Shown piece after piece: positions 20,163 through 31,098 of a stretch of 57,381 nt of DNA. Position 1 is the first letter of the stretch; each line of letters opens with the position of its first letter. The notes below the pieces were generated by a model. It ran no database searches. It was not told the DNA's origin and saw only the letters and a list, made by a program, of their open reading frames with translations. A program made the position numbers and the translations under genes. The stretch covers positions 1 to 57,381 of IMG/VR virus record IMGVR_UViG_3300032435_000013, one strand, 5' to 3'. This DNA is from a virus (lineage: Duplodnaviria; Caudoviricetes).

Positions 20163-21783
20163 AAAGATTTACCGTAAAACGGTAAAGATTTATGGGCCTC
20201 CAGGAACAGGAAAGACCACTACGCTAGTAGAGAAAGTAGTGCGTAAGTATTTAAAAAAAGGAGTAGACCCAGAACAAATAGCTTTTATATCCTTTACTAA
20301 CAAGGCAGTAGACACCGCTAGAAAGAGAACACTAGGAGCCTTTCCACAATTTTCTGAGCAACAATTTAGTAGATTTCAAACCTTACATAAATATTGCAGA
20401 CGTTACTTTAATGAAAACATCTTTGATATTAAGGAATGTATGATTGATTTTGCATTAGAAGAAACCATTATCAAGCATACTGACAAACGATTAGATGATG
20501 AGGGTTTTGTATATAAAGATTGGTCTTTATCTATTTATGATAAATCAAGAAACATGATGAGGCCTTCTATAGACGTATATAAAGAAGAGTCTTATAAAAA
20601 AGACAATATAGATCTATTTCAAAAAAAGATTACTGCCTATGAAGCGTTTAAAAGATCTAACTACAACAACCCTTTAATTGATTTTACGGATATGATTGAG
20701 AGAGCTATTGACGAAGTAAGCTTCCCACCGATTGAAGTATTAATACTAGATGAAGCCCAAGACTTTACTCCCTTGCAATGGTCAGTCATCTATAAGATCG
20801 TAGAAAATGTAAAGAGAGTATATCTAGCAGGGGATGATGATCAGGCTATTTATAAATGGAATGGTGCAGACCCTAAATATTTTACCACTTATTTTCCTGG
20901 TAGGAAAGTAGTATTACGTCAAACGTATCGCTTTGGCTCTAATATTCATAACTTTTCACAAATGATTAGAAAAGACATTACCGATAGTATTGAGAAAGAT
21001 TTTAGGTTTAATCCTAATAAAACAGGAGCGGTTAAACGCTATCTGTCCTTTATGGAAATTGATTTCTCCAAGTATCACGGCTCATGGTTCTTTTTAGCTA
21101 GAGTAAACAGAGTAGTTAACCAACTACGTATGCTGGCTAAAAAAGAGGGTTTTTATTTTTCAGATAATAAAGGAAACAAATCTTTTAATGCTAATGAATG
21201 GTTAGCTATTAGAGCATGGACAGCGTTAACTAAAGGTAAAGCTATTAATAAGAAAGAAGCACAGATGGTTTTTAAATACATAAGAGAACTTAAAAACCCT
21301 AGCTTTAGAGAAGATTTGTTTTGGAAAGATCAATCAGAGTACACCAAATATACTTTAGACTACTTAACACAAGAATGTGGATTAGATATGCCTGATGATA
21401 TGAAGACTAAAACATGGATGCATGTTTTAAATAGAAATTTTATACCTAGCCGTAAATTATATTTTGTTAGTTTATTAAAACGCTACGGACAGAAGACTTT
21501 AGAGGAAGACCCTAAGATTATTATAGACACCATTCATTCCGTTAAAGGAGACGAAGCAGATCATGTATTATTATTTAATAGATGTGATTACGCCTCAGAC
21601 TATAACAGGAAGAATAAACAGGAACGAATAGATGAGAACAGAGTTATCTACACGGCTGTCACTAGAGCTATAGATAGTGTACATATTCTTTACTCTACTG
21701 ATCGTTATTACTACCCAATAGGGAAACATTATTTAACTTACCAACAGGAGAAAATATACAATGACCGATCCAAACATGTTTAA
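20119..21783 (+). CDS. UvrD/Rep superfamily-1 DNA helicase
   Basis: GPPGTGKT, DEAQD, GDDDQAIY, TIHSVKGDE and YTAVTRA motifs. Confidence 0.93.
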   Translation: MMHTTRENLEALKLKKIYRKTVKIYGPPGTGKTTTLVEKVVRKYLKKGVDPEQIAFISFTNKAVDTARKRTLGAFPQFSEQQFSRFQTLHKYCRRYFNENIFDIKECMIDFALEETIIKHTDKRLDDEGFVYKDWSLSIYDKSRNMMRPSIDVYKEESYKKDNIDLFQKKITAYEAFKRSNYNNPLIDFTDMIERAIDEVSFPPIEVLILDEAQDFTPLQWSVIYKIVENVKRVYLAGDDDQAIYKWNGADPKYFTTYFPGRKVVLRQTYRFGSNIHNFSQMIRKDITDSIEKDFRFNPNKTGAVKRYLSFMEIDFSKYHGSWFFLARVNRVVNQLRMLAKKEGFYFSDNKGNKSFNANEWLAIRAWTALTKGKAINKKEAQMVFKYIRELKNPSFREDLFWKDQSEYTKYTLDYLTQECGLDMPDDMKTKTWMHVLNRNFIPSRKLYFVSLLKRYGQKTLEEDPKIIIDTIHSVKGDEADHVLLFNRCDYASDYNRKNKQERIDENRVIYTAVTRAIDSVHILYSTDRYYYPIGKHYLTYQQEKIYNDRSKHV

Positions 21784-22012
21784 ACAGTTGTTTCCATCGT
21801 TACGACAAGAAGGTGGAGACCATTATTCTAAACATAAAATACAACCCTATACCTTTATAACAGCTAACCATCTATCGTTTTTTCAAGGAAACGTGATCAA
21901 ATACGTGGTGCGGTATAAAGATAAAAATGGAGTAGAAGATCTTAAAAAGATTATACATTACTGTCAATTAGAAATAGAAGAGATGAGAAATGAAAAAAAA
22001 AATACATATTAA
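21761..22012 (+). CDS. DUF3310 / T7 gp1.7-like nucleotide kinase family
   Basis: GGDHY, GNVIKYVVRY..KNG.EDLKK motifs. Confidence 0.85.
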   Translation: MTDPNMFKQLFPSLRQEGGDHYSKHKIQPYTFITANHLSFFQGNVIKYVVRYKDKNGVEDLKKIIHYCQLEIEEMRNEKKNTY

Positions 22013-22226
22013 CCAACATGTTATTCGATCCAATAAAAAAAATGGAACAGAAGAACCTGTTATCACAGTTAAAACTTCTAAATCAAATACTTACGCGAAC
22101 GAAGTAGATATTTTTGGAAAATCTAAATTAATTTATTCTCCAAACAAACCTTTACCGTGTGGGGCTAAAGTTTGGATTGAGACAGATGGAAAAATTGTTT
22201 TAGATAATGGAATTACAATAGAATGA
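21990..22226 (+). CDS. Conserved phage hypothetical protein
   Basis: IHINQH.I..N, PLPCGAKVWIET motifs. Confidence 0.75.
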   Translation: MKKKIHINQHVIRSNKKNGTEEPVITVKTSKSNTYANEVDIFGKSKLIYSPNKPLPCGAKVWIETDGKIVLDNGITIE

Positions 22227-22330
22227 AAAATAAAGAAATAGTTGGGTATTATTGGGATGGTGAAAATCAATACATAATTTATAAGGATGATAATGGCTAT
22301 ACAGAAATGGTATGGGAATCAAATAAGTAG
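22223..22330 (+). CDS. Small hypothetical protein (35 aa)
   Basis: ATGA-coupled; MKNKEIVGYYWDGE... Confidence 0.55.
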   Translation: MKNKEIVGYYWDGENQYIIYKDDNGYTEMVWESNK

Positions 22331-22378
22331 ACTTGGTTGTTACTTATCTAATTTAAGTTGGAGGAAACTAAATAAAAA

Positions 22379-22855
22379 ATGAGCTGGCAGAGCTTTAGAG
22401 AACAAGGGAAAATTGTAGAAAAAAGTTTTTCTAAATTTTTAGTAAACCCAAACTGGGCGAACAAGACACAAGATATATTCGAGCATTGGGACTTAGAGGG
22501 AGAATTAAATGGTACCCTATTAAAATTTGATGTTAAGGGGATGAAAAAAACAAACCGTTTAGATACTGATTGCCAAGATGATTTTGCTTGGGTAGAAGGA
22601 ACAAATGTTCATGGAAAAATTGGTTGGATCAAAGGAAAAGCAGATATTATTGTTTTTGAACGTTTTTCTTGTTGGTTATTAGTAGATAGAGAAGAATTAT
22701 TACATCTTGTTAGTACTAAACTAAAAGAAAATAATTATAAAAAAGGTAAAGGTATTTATATGATTTATCAAAGAGAAGGTCGTAAAGATAAAATAACTAT
22801 GGTTCCTTATCAAGATATAGAGCAACTAACTAATATACAAAAAATAAATAAATAA
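22379..22855 (+). CDS. Putative PD-(D/E)XK-fold nuclease
   Basis: E..F, HWD, FDVKG, WVE, GWI.GKAD motifs. Confidence 0.55.
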   Translation: MSWQSFREQGKIVEKSFSKFLVNPNWANKTQDIFEHWDLEGELNGTLLKFDVKGMKKTNRLDTDCQDDFAWVEGTNVHGKIGWIKGKADIIVFERFSCWLLVDREELLHLVSTKLKENNYKKGKGIYMIYQREGRKDKITMVPYQDIEQLTNIQKINK

Positions 22856-23172
22856 TGAACCATTCAGCAAAGGGTAGAATAGCAGAACTATATGTAGCTA
22901 ATTACTTTATGGAAAGAGGTTTTTATGTTGCTTTTTCATTAGACCCCTTGTGTCCATTTGATCTGATTGTTACAGATAAAAAAGGGAAATGCAGATTGGT
23001 TGATGTTAAGAATTTAAGAGTACGTAGAAGTAAGTCGGGGGTTAATAAAATAGGGGATAGAATAGGTGCGGCAAGATCAAAGAAACAAAAAAATATGAGT
23101 ATAGAGTTATTTGAATTGGATATTTCTTCTTGTAAAAACAATTACAAGGTGTATAACAAACGAATCATATGA
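22855..23172 (+). CDS. PD-(D/E)XK endonuclease (Hjc-like resolvase)
   Basis: KGRIAE, PFDLIV, VDVK motifs. Confidence 0.7.
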   Translation: MNHSAKGRIAELYVANYFMERGFYVAFSLDPLCPFDLIVTDKKGKCRLVDVKNLRVRRSKSGVNKIGDRIGAARSKKQKNMSIELFELDISSCKNNYKVYNKRII

Positions 23173-25040
23173 CAGGTTTACAATTATCCATGACGTTTAA
23201 GAAAAGTATCTGGTCTACTCCATCAGAGTATAAAGATTTATCGGGATACAACGAAATAGCCATTGACTTAGAAACAAGAGATGATGCCATCTCCGATAAA
23301 TTAGGTGCGGGTTGGGCAACAGGGAAAGGAGAAGTAATTGGTTTTGCTGTAGCCGTAGAGGGTTGGCAAGCGTATTACCCCTTCAATCATTTTGGTGGTG
23401 GGAATATGATATATGAACAAGTCATTAAATATATGAATGATGTTTGTGCATTACCCGCTACAAAAATATTTCATAATGCTCAGTACGATGTAGGTTGGTT
23501 GCGTAACATGGGTATTAAAATTAATGGAGAAATTGTAGATACCATGATTGCAGCAGCCATCATTGATGAAAATCGTTGGTCATATTCTTTAAACAATGTG
23601 GCACGTGATTATTTAGGAGAGATTAAAGCGGAAACAGATTTGAATGAGGCCGCTAAAGATCATGGCGTTGACCCTAAATCTGAAATGTGGAAATTACCAA
23701 GTGAACATGTAGGGTTTTATGCGGAACAAGATGCACGGCTCACGTACCTATTATGGCAAAGATTTAAACACGAAATTAAAACTCAAAGTTTAGAAACAGT
23801 TTGGGAATTAGAATGTAAGTTACTCCCTAATTTAATTAAGATGAGAGAACGAGGAGTTAGAGTAGATGTAGAAAAAGCAGAGAAATTAAAAAAAGAATTT
23901 AGTGATCAAGAGAAAGTAAAATTGTCAGAAATAAAACAATTAATAGGCAAGGATATAGATATTTGGGCGGCAAGACAGATAGGAGAAGCTTTCGATAAAT
24001 TAAAAATCGAATACCCAAGAACTGAAAAAACTGGAGAGCCTTCATTTACTCAAAACTGGTTGCATAACTCCAAGCATAGGATATCTAAATTAATTGTACA
24101 AGCCCGCGAAATTAACAAGTTTCATAATACATTTTTGCAAGGCATATTAAAATACGAACACAAAGGAAGAGTGCACGCAGAGATTAATCAATTAAGATCA
24201 GACAATGGTGGGACTGTTTCAGGAAGATTAAGTATGTCCAATCCTAATTTACAACAATTACCCGCTAGAAATAAGGAATTTGGCCCAAAAATTAGAAGTT
24301 TATTCTTACCAGAAGAGGGAAGTAAGTGGGGTTCTTTTGATTATTCACAACAAGAACCAAGAATGGTAGTCCACTATGCGGCTTCTATTGGTGATGGTTA
24401 TGAAGGCTCTCAAGAATTAGTTGCCGCTTATGAAAATGCTTCAGCGGATTTTCATCAAACAGTTGCAGATCTTTGTGGTATTGAACGAACTCAAGCCAAA
24501 ACTATTGGTTTAGGTTTAATGTATGGAATGGGAAAAAATAAATTATCTTCTAGTTTAGGTTTATCTAAAGAGGATGCCGATGTATTAATTTCTAAATACA
24601 ATCGTAAAGTACCCTTTGTTAAAATGTTATCTGATCGTTGTATGAAAAAGGCAAATGATGACGGTGTGATCAGAACTAAAAAAGGTAGAAAATGTCGTTT
24701 TGACAAATGGGAAACTAAAGATTGGGGTTTACATATAGCAGACACAGAAGAAAATATTAGAGCCAAATACGGTAAAGATAATATGAAGAGAGCTTATACC
24801 TACAAAGCACTTAATCGTTTAATACAGGGATCAGCCGCAGATCAAACTAAACAAGCTATTGTATCTTGTGCAGAAGCAGGACACTTACCTATTCTTCAAA
24901 TTCACGATGAATTATGTTTTAATATTACAGATGAACATCAAGCTAAAGAAATAAAAAGCATCATGGAAAATTGCATGGAATTTAAAGTTCCTAGTGTAGT
25001 AGATGTTTCTATAGGGGATAACTTTGGACAAGCTAGTTAA
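23169..25040 (+). CDS. polA: DNA polymerase family A with 3'-5' exonuclease domain
   Basis: DLET, HNAQYD, YAEQD; GRLSMSNPNLQQ, DYSQQEPR, KTIGLGLMYG, IQGSAAD, IHDEL. Confidence 0.97.
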   Translation: MTGLQLSMTFKKSIWSTPSEYKDLSGYNEIAIDLETRDDAISDKLGAGWATGKGEVIGFAVAVEGWQAYYPFNHFGGGNMIYEQVIKYMNDVCALPATKIFHNAQYDVGWLRNMGIKINGEIVDTMIAAAIIDENRWSYSLNNVARDYLGEIKAETDLNEAAKDHGVDPKSEMWKLPSEHVGFYAEQDARLTYLLWQRFKHEIKTQSLETVWELECKLLPNLIKMRERGVRVDVEKAEKLKKEFSDQEKVKLSEIKQLIGKDIDIWAARQIGEAFDKLKIEYPRTEKTGEPSFTQNWLHNSKHRISKLIVQAREINKFHNTFLQGILKYEHKGRVHAEINQLRSDNGGTVSGRLSMSNPNLQQLPARNKEFGPKIRSLFLPEEGSKWGSFDYSQQEPRMVVHYAASIGDGYEGSQELVAAYENASADFHQTVADLCGIERTQAKTIGLGLMYGMGKNKLSSSLGLSKEDADVLISKYNRKVPFVKMLSDRCMKKANDDGVIRTKKGRKCRFDKWETKDWGLHIADTEENIRAKYGKDNMKRAYTYKALNRLIQGSAADQTKQAIVSCAEAGHLPILQIHDELCFNITDEHQAKEIKSIMENCMEFKVPSVVDVSIGDNFGQAS

Positions 25041-25464
25041 AAATCAAGTTGCAAATGTGGGTACAGTAATTTGGCCTCTATACCGTGTGTTCAAAGAACG
25101 ATTACAATTAATTAAATTTGACGATATAAAAATTATTCACGGAGTTCATGCAGACTTTAAATCTACCATAAGAGAAGATATTAAAAATAAGGGATTATTA
25201 TGTCCTATGGTTGTAGATAATAATTTAACGTTACTCAACGGAAATCACAGATTTAAAGTTATTAAAAAATTTGGAGATGCCTCTATATTTTATAAAGCAC
25301 AATCTGATGAAGAAGTTCATTTTTTATCTAGGTTTAATGTAAAAATTTGGGAAATGCACCCTAACGTACATGATTTAGGTTTTTGCTTTGAAGGTAAAAT
25401 GAAAAAATACACAGATAAATGTCTACACTTATTCAATACCAGTAATACAATTATAAAAAGATAA
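25024..25464 (+). CDS. ParB/Srx-like domain protein
   Basis: I...GL..P.VV...LLNGNHR motif. Confidence 0.7.
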   Translation: MDKLVKNQVANVGTVIWPLYRVFKERLQLIKFDDIKIIHGVHADFKSTIREDIKNKGLLCPMVVDNNLTLLNGNHRFKVIKKFGDASIFYKAQSDEEVHFLSRFNVKIWEMHPNVHDLGFCFEGKMKKYTDKCLHLFNTSNTIIKR

Positions 25465-25527
25465 TTTTAGCGAAAGAATTCCTATACTGAAAACATCAGC
25501 TATACTTAAAAAATAATTTTTAGTCCT

Positions 25528-25734
25528 TTATGTAGAAACTTCTTCTAATTCTACTGGACTTCTCATAAGTCTTTGAGCTTCTTTGTGACAGTCAGAAATC
25601 ATTTTATTTTTAATTTCTTTTATCTCTTGTTCAATCTCCGTCAAACCAACTGTGTACCCATGTTCTAAATATTCTTGAGTCCACCTTGATTCTAATGAGA
25701 TCTTATCAGCTAAAAGCTTTTGATCTATATTCAT
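25528..25734 (-). CDS. Hypothetical protein
   Basis: GAGGAG RBS; coupled to the upstream ORF. Confidence 0.7.
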   Translation of the reverse strand: MNIDQKLLADKISLESRWTQEYLEHGYTVGLTEIEQEIKEIKNKMISDCHKEAQRLMRSPVELEEVST

Positions 25735-25913
25735 TAGATCTCCTCAAATGTAATAAAGATTTTCCGAGGTGTGTTAGCGCTTTCACTCATCTCGTACTCA
25801 CCTTTATTAAGTTTGTTTATGAAAGCAATCTTAGCATTATCGTCACCATTAGCGTTTACGGCACAATTTATTTTTTTACCAGCGTAATGTGCGATAAAAT
25901 GATATTGCTTCAT
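25734..25913 (-). CDS. Small hypothetical protein (59 aa, MKQYHFIAHYAG...)
   Basis: Manual translation; TAATG-coupled to 25528..25734. Confidence 0.7.
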   Translation of the reverse strand: MKQYHFIAHYAGKKINCAVNANGDDNAKIAFINKLNKGEYEMSESANTPRKIFITFEEI

Positions 25914-26005
25914 ATAAGTATTATAAGCAATAAATGCCTATAAATCAAGCTTTTAAATTGTTGTTATTGTCTTGACTTAGCTATAAACGGTGTTAAATCG
26001 ATCAT

Positions 26006-26200
26006 ATGGCGAAAGTCAAAAACTTTATTACCGTAGAAGAAAGAACCTTAAATAAATTAATTAAGCTATGCCAAGCACAAACGATTTTATTAGATTATTG
26101 TAAAAACCAGATCCAACAGCAAGGATATGAAACAAACTACATAACAAAAAGAATAGAACTGATTGAAATCTGCATCCAGAAGAAGAAAAAAGAACATTGA
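26006..26200 (+). CDS. Hypothetical protein
   Basis: First of a coupled run of ORFs. Confidence 0.6.
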   Translation: MAKVKNFITVEERTLNKLIKLCQAQTILLDYCKNQIQQQGYETNYITKRIELIEICIQKKKKEH

Positions 26201-26439
26201 ACGATTTTCATAGGAGTTTAGATTTGTTGTCAAGGGTATTGGATAGGGAAGAGTACTCTTTTATTTCAGGGGTTATGTTCCGTTGTTTAATGGGAACTCG
26301 TTTTGGTTATCATGACCATGATCAAAAAATTTTACAGGATATTTACTCTATTTGGTCTAAGAATTCTAAAAAAAAGATTAAAATGAAGAAAAAGGTGTTG
26401 AAATTAAAGGTAGTCAAGGGTGGAAAAGATGCAAAATAA
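26197..26439 (+). CDS. Hypothetical protein ending in LKVVKGG
   Basis: Overlapping TTG start; alphaproteobacterial-style L.V..GG tail. Confidence 0.6.
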   Translation: MNDFHRSLDLLSRVLDREEYSFISGVMFRCLMGTRFGYHDHDQKILQDIYSIWSKNSKKKIKMKKKVLKLKVVKGGKDAK

Positions 26440-26644
26440 CATATACAATGGTAACATGCCTTATGATATTGAACCTAAACAAAGATCGGTAGATACTTCG
26501 CAGTGGTCTGGACAGGAAATAACTAAACTGATATGTGACGTACATGAAGATTATACTAATTTTTCTAAACAAAGGGCAAGCCCAACCGTAATATTACATT
26601 ATCGTGACTTACTCTCCTACCTTATTAAAACTTATGGGCACTAG
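26420..26644 (+). CDS. Hypothetical protein
   Basis: ORF track; start uncertain. Confidence 0.55.
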   Translation: MEKMQNNIYNGNMPYDIEPKQRSVDTSQWSGQEITKLICDVHEDYTNFSKQRASPTVILHYRDLLSYLIKTYGH

Positions 26645-27074
26645 CTTTGCCTCTGTGTTATTAAATACAGCTCACATTCAATCGGAACAAAAACTTTGGC
26701 GTGGAGTATTATGTAATGCGTTGGAAGATGCATCCTTAGATCAAAACGATCGTAAGTCTAGTATCTATAAATCTCAAGCTCATAATTGGATCTTAACCAA
26801 ATCTAAAGACTTTGAAGAAGTTTGTTATTGGGCTGGTTTTACTCCTGAACATGTTAATGAGAGATACACTAAAGCTGTGCAAAATTTAGATGTTAAATTT
26901 ACCAATAAACAAGTTGCGTGGGCTAAGTATTATACCCAATACAATAAATACAGGAATACTAAAGATTTTGAATCTAAGCGTTACCACAAAATACGAATGG
27001 AAGATTTAAGAAAAAAGGTAGTGGAGGCAACTACTTATGTTATTACTTCCGTATTTATTTCCGCCATCTGTTGA
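26604..27074 (+). CDS. Conserved phage protein (possible transcription regulator)
   Basis: EQKLWRGVL..A.ED, A..W....DF..VC..AG motif; true start probably MGTSF. Confidence 0.65.
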   Translation: MTYSPTLLKLMGTSFASVLLNTAHIQSEQKLWRGVLCNALEDASLDQNDRKSSIYKSQAHNWILTKSKDFEEVCYWAGFTPEHVNERYTKAVQNLDVKFTNKQVAWAKYYTQYNKYRNTKDFESKRYHKIRMEDLRKKVVEATTYVITSVFISAIC

Positions 27075-27121
27075 CCTAGACCCGCCCATACCCCATAATT
27101 TGCTTTGGAGGAGATAACTTT

Positions 27122-27277
27122 ATGGCCAAAAAAAAAATAAAAAATGAAACAGTGGAAGATATTCTAGATAGAATTATGGAAGATATCGATCTAATTAGAG
27201 AAAAATGCGTTTGTAATGGCGAGGAAGATTACGCTGTAGATAACGAATATGACGACAAGGATGAAGACGAAGACTAG
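27122..27277 (+). CDS. Small protein with basic N-terminus and very acidic C-terminus (51 aa)
   Basis: GGAGGAG RBS; MAKKKIKNETVEDILDRI...DDKDEDED. Confidence 0.75.
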   Translation: MAKKKIKNETVEDILDRIMEDIDLIREKCVCNGEEDYAVDNEYDDKDEDED

Positions 27278-27291
27278 ATTTTAGAGTATAC

Positions 27292-27328
27292 TAGGGGGTA
27301 GAAGAGTTCCAAATTCTAATACCCCCTA
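27292..27328. terminator. Stem-loop between convergent transcription units
   Basis: TAGGGGGTA...TACCCCCTA inverted repeat. Confidence 0.5.
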
Positions 27329-27442
27329 TGCGCATGGTCAGCTACTTATGCTGAGCAGTGTAATCAAAAGGTAAAACATAACAAAAAACCCCCCAATTAC
27401 AAAGACCTTAATATTATTCATTCTGAAAGATAAAGCAAGAAA

Positions 27443-30400
27443 TTAATGTCTAGTGGTATCTAACTTACTGAATTTAAAAGTGTAAAAGTTTTCCATAATA
27501 TGTTCAAATAAAGCAATTACTTTTTTCTTCTTCCACCCTTTGCTAATATGGAAATTTAAATAAGCATACAGCTTAATTAATCGTTCCCTATTAGCGTCTT
27601 TACTCAAACTCATACACACTTCTACATCTTCCATAGTAAATTTATTCATTTCTCAGTTCCTTATAGTTGTTAAATGCTTGCTCTATGGCTTTTTGTTCAT
27701 CTTCTGTATAATATGCGTCTTTATCCTTATTTGGTATGGATATTCCATCTATATTAACTTTGTAAACTGTAAATTCTTTTGAATATTTACCATTACGGTT
27801 CCACCTTATCTCTGGCCTTACTGTTATTATCACGGTTTCATGTTCTTCCACTCTTTGTATCGTTCATTCCAAGATCGTTCAAATTTGAGCACCCAGAATG
27901 TCTTAAAACGCTGTTTTAAAGTGGGTTTGTGGCCGTAATAATCCACCTCATACCACCTAGAATTCATATAGTGCAGAAAATTGTCTATTATCTTCATTAT
28001 CATTGTTCCTCCTTGCTGTTAAAATGTTTTGTATGGTTTGTAGTTTTAAGGCCGTTTGGGCGTGTTCCTTTAGCCGTACAACTACTTGCCTGTGTGTGTA
28101 TTTTTTAGTAAATGCACCATGCCCAAAGGCTATTTCGTAGCACTCGTCCATGAACATTTTGTTGCGGGTCTTGTTGCTTATGTTCTGCTGTGACGACACA
28201 CGGATCACGGCTCTAGGCTTTTTTATCACTAAAAAAATCACTCCTTTCTTTTGAACAAAAGTACAATATCACAGCCGTTCCTTTATACAACAGGTTTTTT
28301 TCCTCTGTTGTTTGCATTAATTTATGTTCGGCCTCCTTGCAAGATAAAGTGGTTTTTATCTCGTGTACTGAACCCGTAATCAGCCAAATATAAACAAATA
28401 TTATTTCCACTTACGAGCTATTTCTTTCAATGTAACCGATATGTCTTCTATCGTTAAATTCAAATCAATTAACTCCATTCGTATTTCTTCTTGTGTTTGG
28501 TGCATAGTTTTGTCTTCTGTACCGCCTCGCATAGCAGTTGAGATTAACTCAAGCTGTTCTTTGATTTGGTTTATTCTCATTTCGTCCATCATTCTTTATC
28601 CTCCTTATTTTGGTTTCTAGAAATACAGTTCTAGTTTTTAGTTTTGCATTTTTTGCTCTCAAGTATTTTATTATGGCAGTTAAGCGTATAATAATGACAT
28701 TGAAATTTTTACCTATCATTTCAAATAGTATTTATCTCTCAACTGTTGTTTTACTTTAGCCCAAAAATTCTTTGCCCATTCAGTTGTGGCCATCATATGA
28801 GCCATACTTGCTTTTGTATATCTACATACTGGACACAACTTACCTATGCAATGATTTCCTGTGTTCATATTAACTCCTTTTGTTTAACTCGTCCGTCTTT
28901 AGTTCTTTCTACATCTTGCCATTTACATTGAATGGTCGTTTTGCCTGTATCACACCATATAACAATGTCGTGTCCATAGGGCTTAGTGTATATCCAATGT
29001 TTTTGATAGGTCGGTAAAACAATAATGGTCATGCTACCTCTTGTTCTACAAAGCAGAAATACTTGTCTTCGTTTTTATGAAACACCTTACTTTTATCTTC
29101 TAAAGAATTTCTGATAAAATCATACAGCTCTCTACCTTGTTCAGTATCATTTCCGCAATTTTCTTCTTTGTTCCAAAATACTAATCTACTTTCTTCTTTG
29201 GGGTGTGCTTGTATGTAATCAAAAAAAATATAGTCAGCTAGTTCCATAACTTGTTCGTTACTTTCAATATCTTTTTGTTTAACTTTTTTTATTTTATTAT
29301 TAATCCAATTGATCATTCTTTTTCCTCCTCTATTTCTACTACCATTGGAAATCCGTCCACTTGCCAACTGTCGTAGCATTGTTTTTCTATGTCATCTAAG
29401 CATAGGCTGTTTGCCTTGTCCAACGCCTCTTCTTCACTCGTTGCCCCTATGGCTATTTTATAAGCGGTACTCGTACTCATGGTTATGTCGTATATTTTCA
29501 TGTTACTTTCCTTTCTGTTTATTCTTCGTGAATTGAATAGCTGAATTTGTCAGGTAAAAACGACATCTTAAAACTATCAATATATTTTATTAATTCATAA
29601 AAAGTATAAAATGTTTTTTTGTTACCTTTTTCATCAGTTATTATTATGTAATTGTTCATGCTACCTCCATTGGTTTGATATGTTGTAAATCATCATATAA
29701 AGAACACCATTCATAAAATGATTTTTCTTGTGCCTCATGGTCGTTGTAACCCCATTGAGTATCAAAGTGTTCATCATCACTCCGTAAATTATCAAACTCT
29801 TGTCTTGCTTGGTCTTCTGTCATTTAATTTCCTCCACCTCTGGTGCAATAGAGCCTAAGTCTAAGCCTTCTAAAGCGTCCCAAATGGCAGTTGTTTCATC
29901 TTCGGCCTCTACTACAAATTCTTCGTGTATGACTACTTTATATTTAGGCATGGTCTTCCTCCGTTGTTAGTTTTTCTAATAGTTCGTGCATTAAATCATA
30001 ACCCATTAATTCATTGGTTAAAGAATGGTCGCCACTTGTATTTGGCGGAACATCTTTTAATGAGCCGTTGTTATATACATTTACCTCAGCAACCGATTTT
30101 AAATGAGAGTTTAAAAACTGAATTAAGTTCAATCTTGTTGCGTGGTACTGTATCCATTTATCCCTCATTTAGTTTCTTCCTTTCTGTTATTGTTTTCTGT
30201 TCTGTCCCAAATTTCTATAAATCTTTTCAACCAATTTGATTGAGTTATAGTTAGGTCAGGCGTTCCTAGTAATACCTCGTCAGCACTAAATTTCTCTAGT
30301 TTATTTTTATCGATCCATTTAATATAAATTTCTGATAATTTACTTAAGGGTGTCATTTTTTTTCTTTCTGCTGTTTAAGTAATCTTTCGTATTTTGTTCT

Positions 30401-30733
30401 ACATCAGTTTCTAATACATCTATGACTTCATCACTTGCTAAACCATTATCGCCAATGACGAGGTTTACTGCTTCTCTTATTTCTTCTACTGTGTATGTTT
30501 TCATTATTTTTATCCTTTCGTTTTGTTGTTTATGCTTCGTTTATGTTAGTGATTTGAAAATGATCTCTATCAACAATTTCATCATTCACAAAATCGCCAC
30601 TTTCAACAATCTTTGTCGCTTCCTCTAAAGAATTTGCTTCAATTTTTACTTTTGAAGTACATTCTTCAATAAAAGTTATTTCATATATTTTCATTTTATT
30701 TATCCTCCCTTTTAAATTTAGCCATTTTACCAC
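27443..30733 (-). other. Early-gene block I: about 15-20 tightly packed small leftward hypothetical ORFs (27443-27649, 27642-27851, 27957-28241, 28213-28410, 28401-28592, 29029-29379, 29313-29501, 29820-29951, 29944-30168, 30165-30356, 30530-30733 and further <60-aa ORFs)
   Basis: Overlapping start/stop codons and AGGAGG/GAAAGG RBSs on the minus strand. Confidence 0.75.
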
Positions 30734-31044
30734 TCCCTTCTTGCGTCAGGTTTTATATGAATGACATCACCTACAATTTTGCCCTCATATAATTTATTAT
30801 AGAGATAAGTAGCTTGAAGATTAACTATTTTATTTTTTAGTAAACCTTCCTCATCAACTAGCAAACAACCATCCTCTTTTAAATTTACTACCTCAACATA
30901 ACCACCAACAAACGCTTGTGCTTCCTTCAGCGTTGGCTCATTACCTTCATATACTTTGATTTTAGTTAACAGCCCCATTCTAGCTAATCTTTCCATATCA
31001 ACCTTAACTGTTTCTGAACTCATTGGTTTTTTATTTGTTTTCAT
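30727..31044 (-). CDS. DUF3846-like protein (start corrected to MKTNKKP)
   Basis: LKEAQAFVGGYVEVV, VDEEGLLK, N..AT, IVGDVI; GAAAGGA RBS. Confidence 0.8.
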   Translation of the reverse strand: MKTNKKPMSSETVKVDMERLARMGLLTKIKVYEGNEPTLKEAQAFVGGYVEVVNLKEDGCLLVDEEGLLKNKIVNLQATYLYNKLYEGKIVGDVIHIKPDARREW

Positions 31045-31098
31045 TTTGTTTCCTTTCGTTTGTTTTATTAGCTTAGAATAAGTGTAATTGAAGACTGT

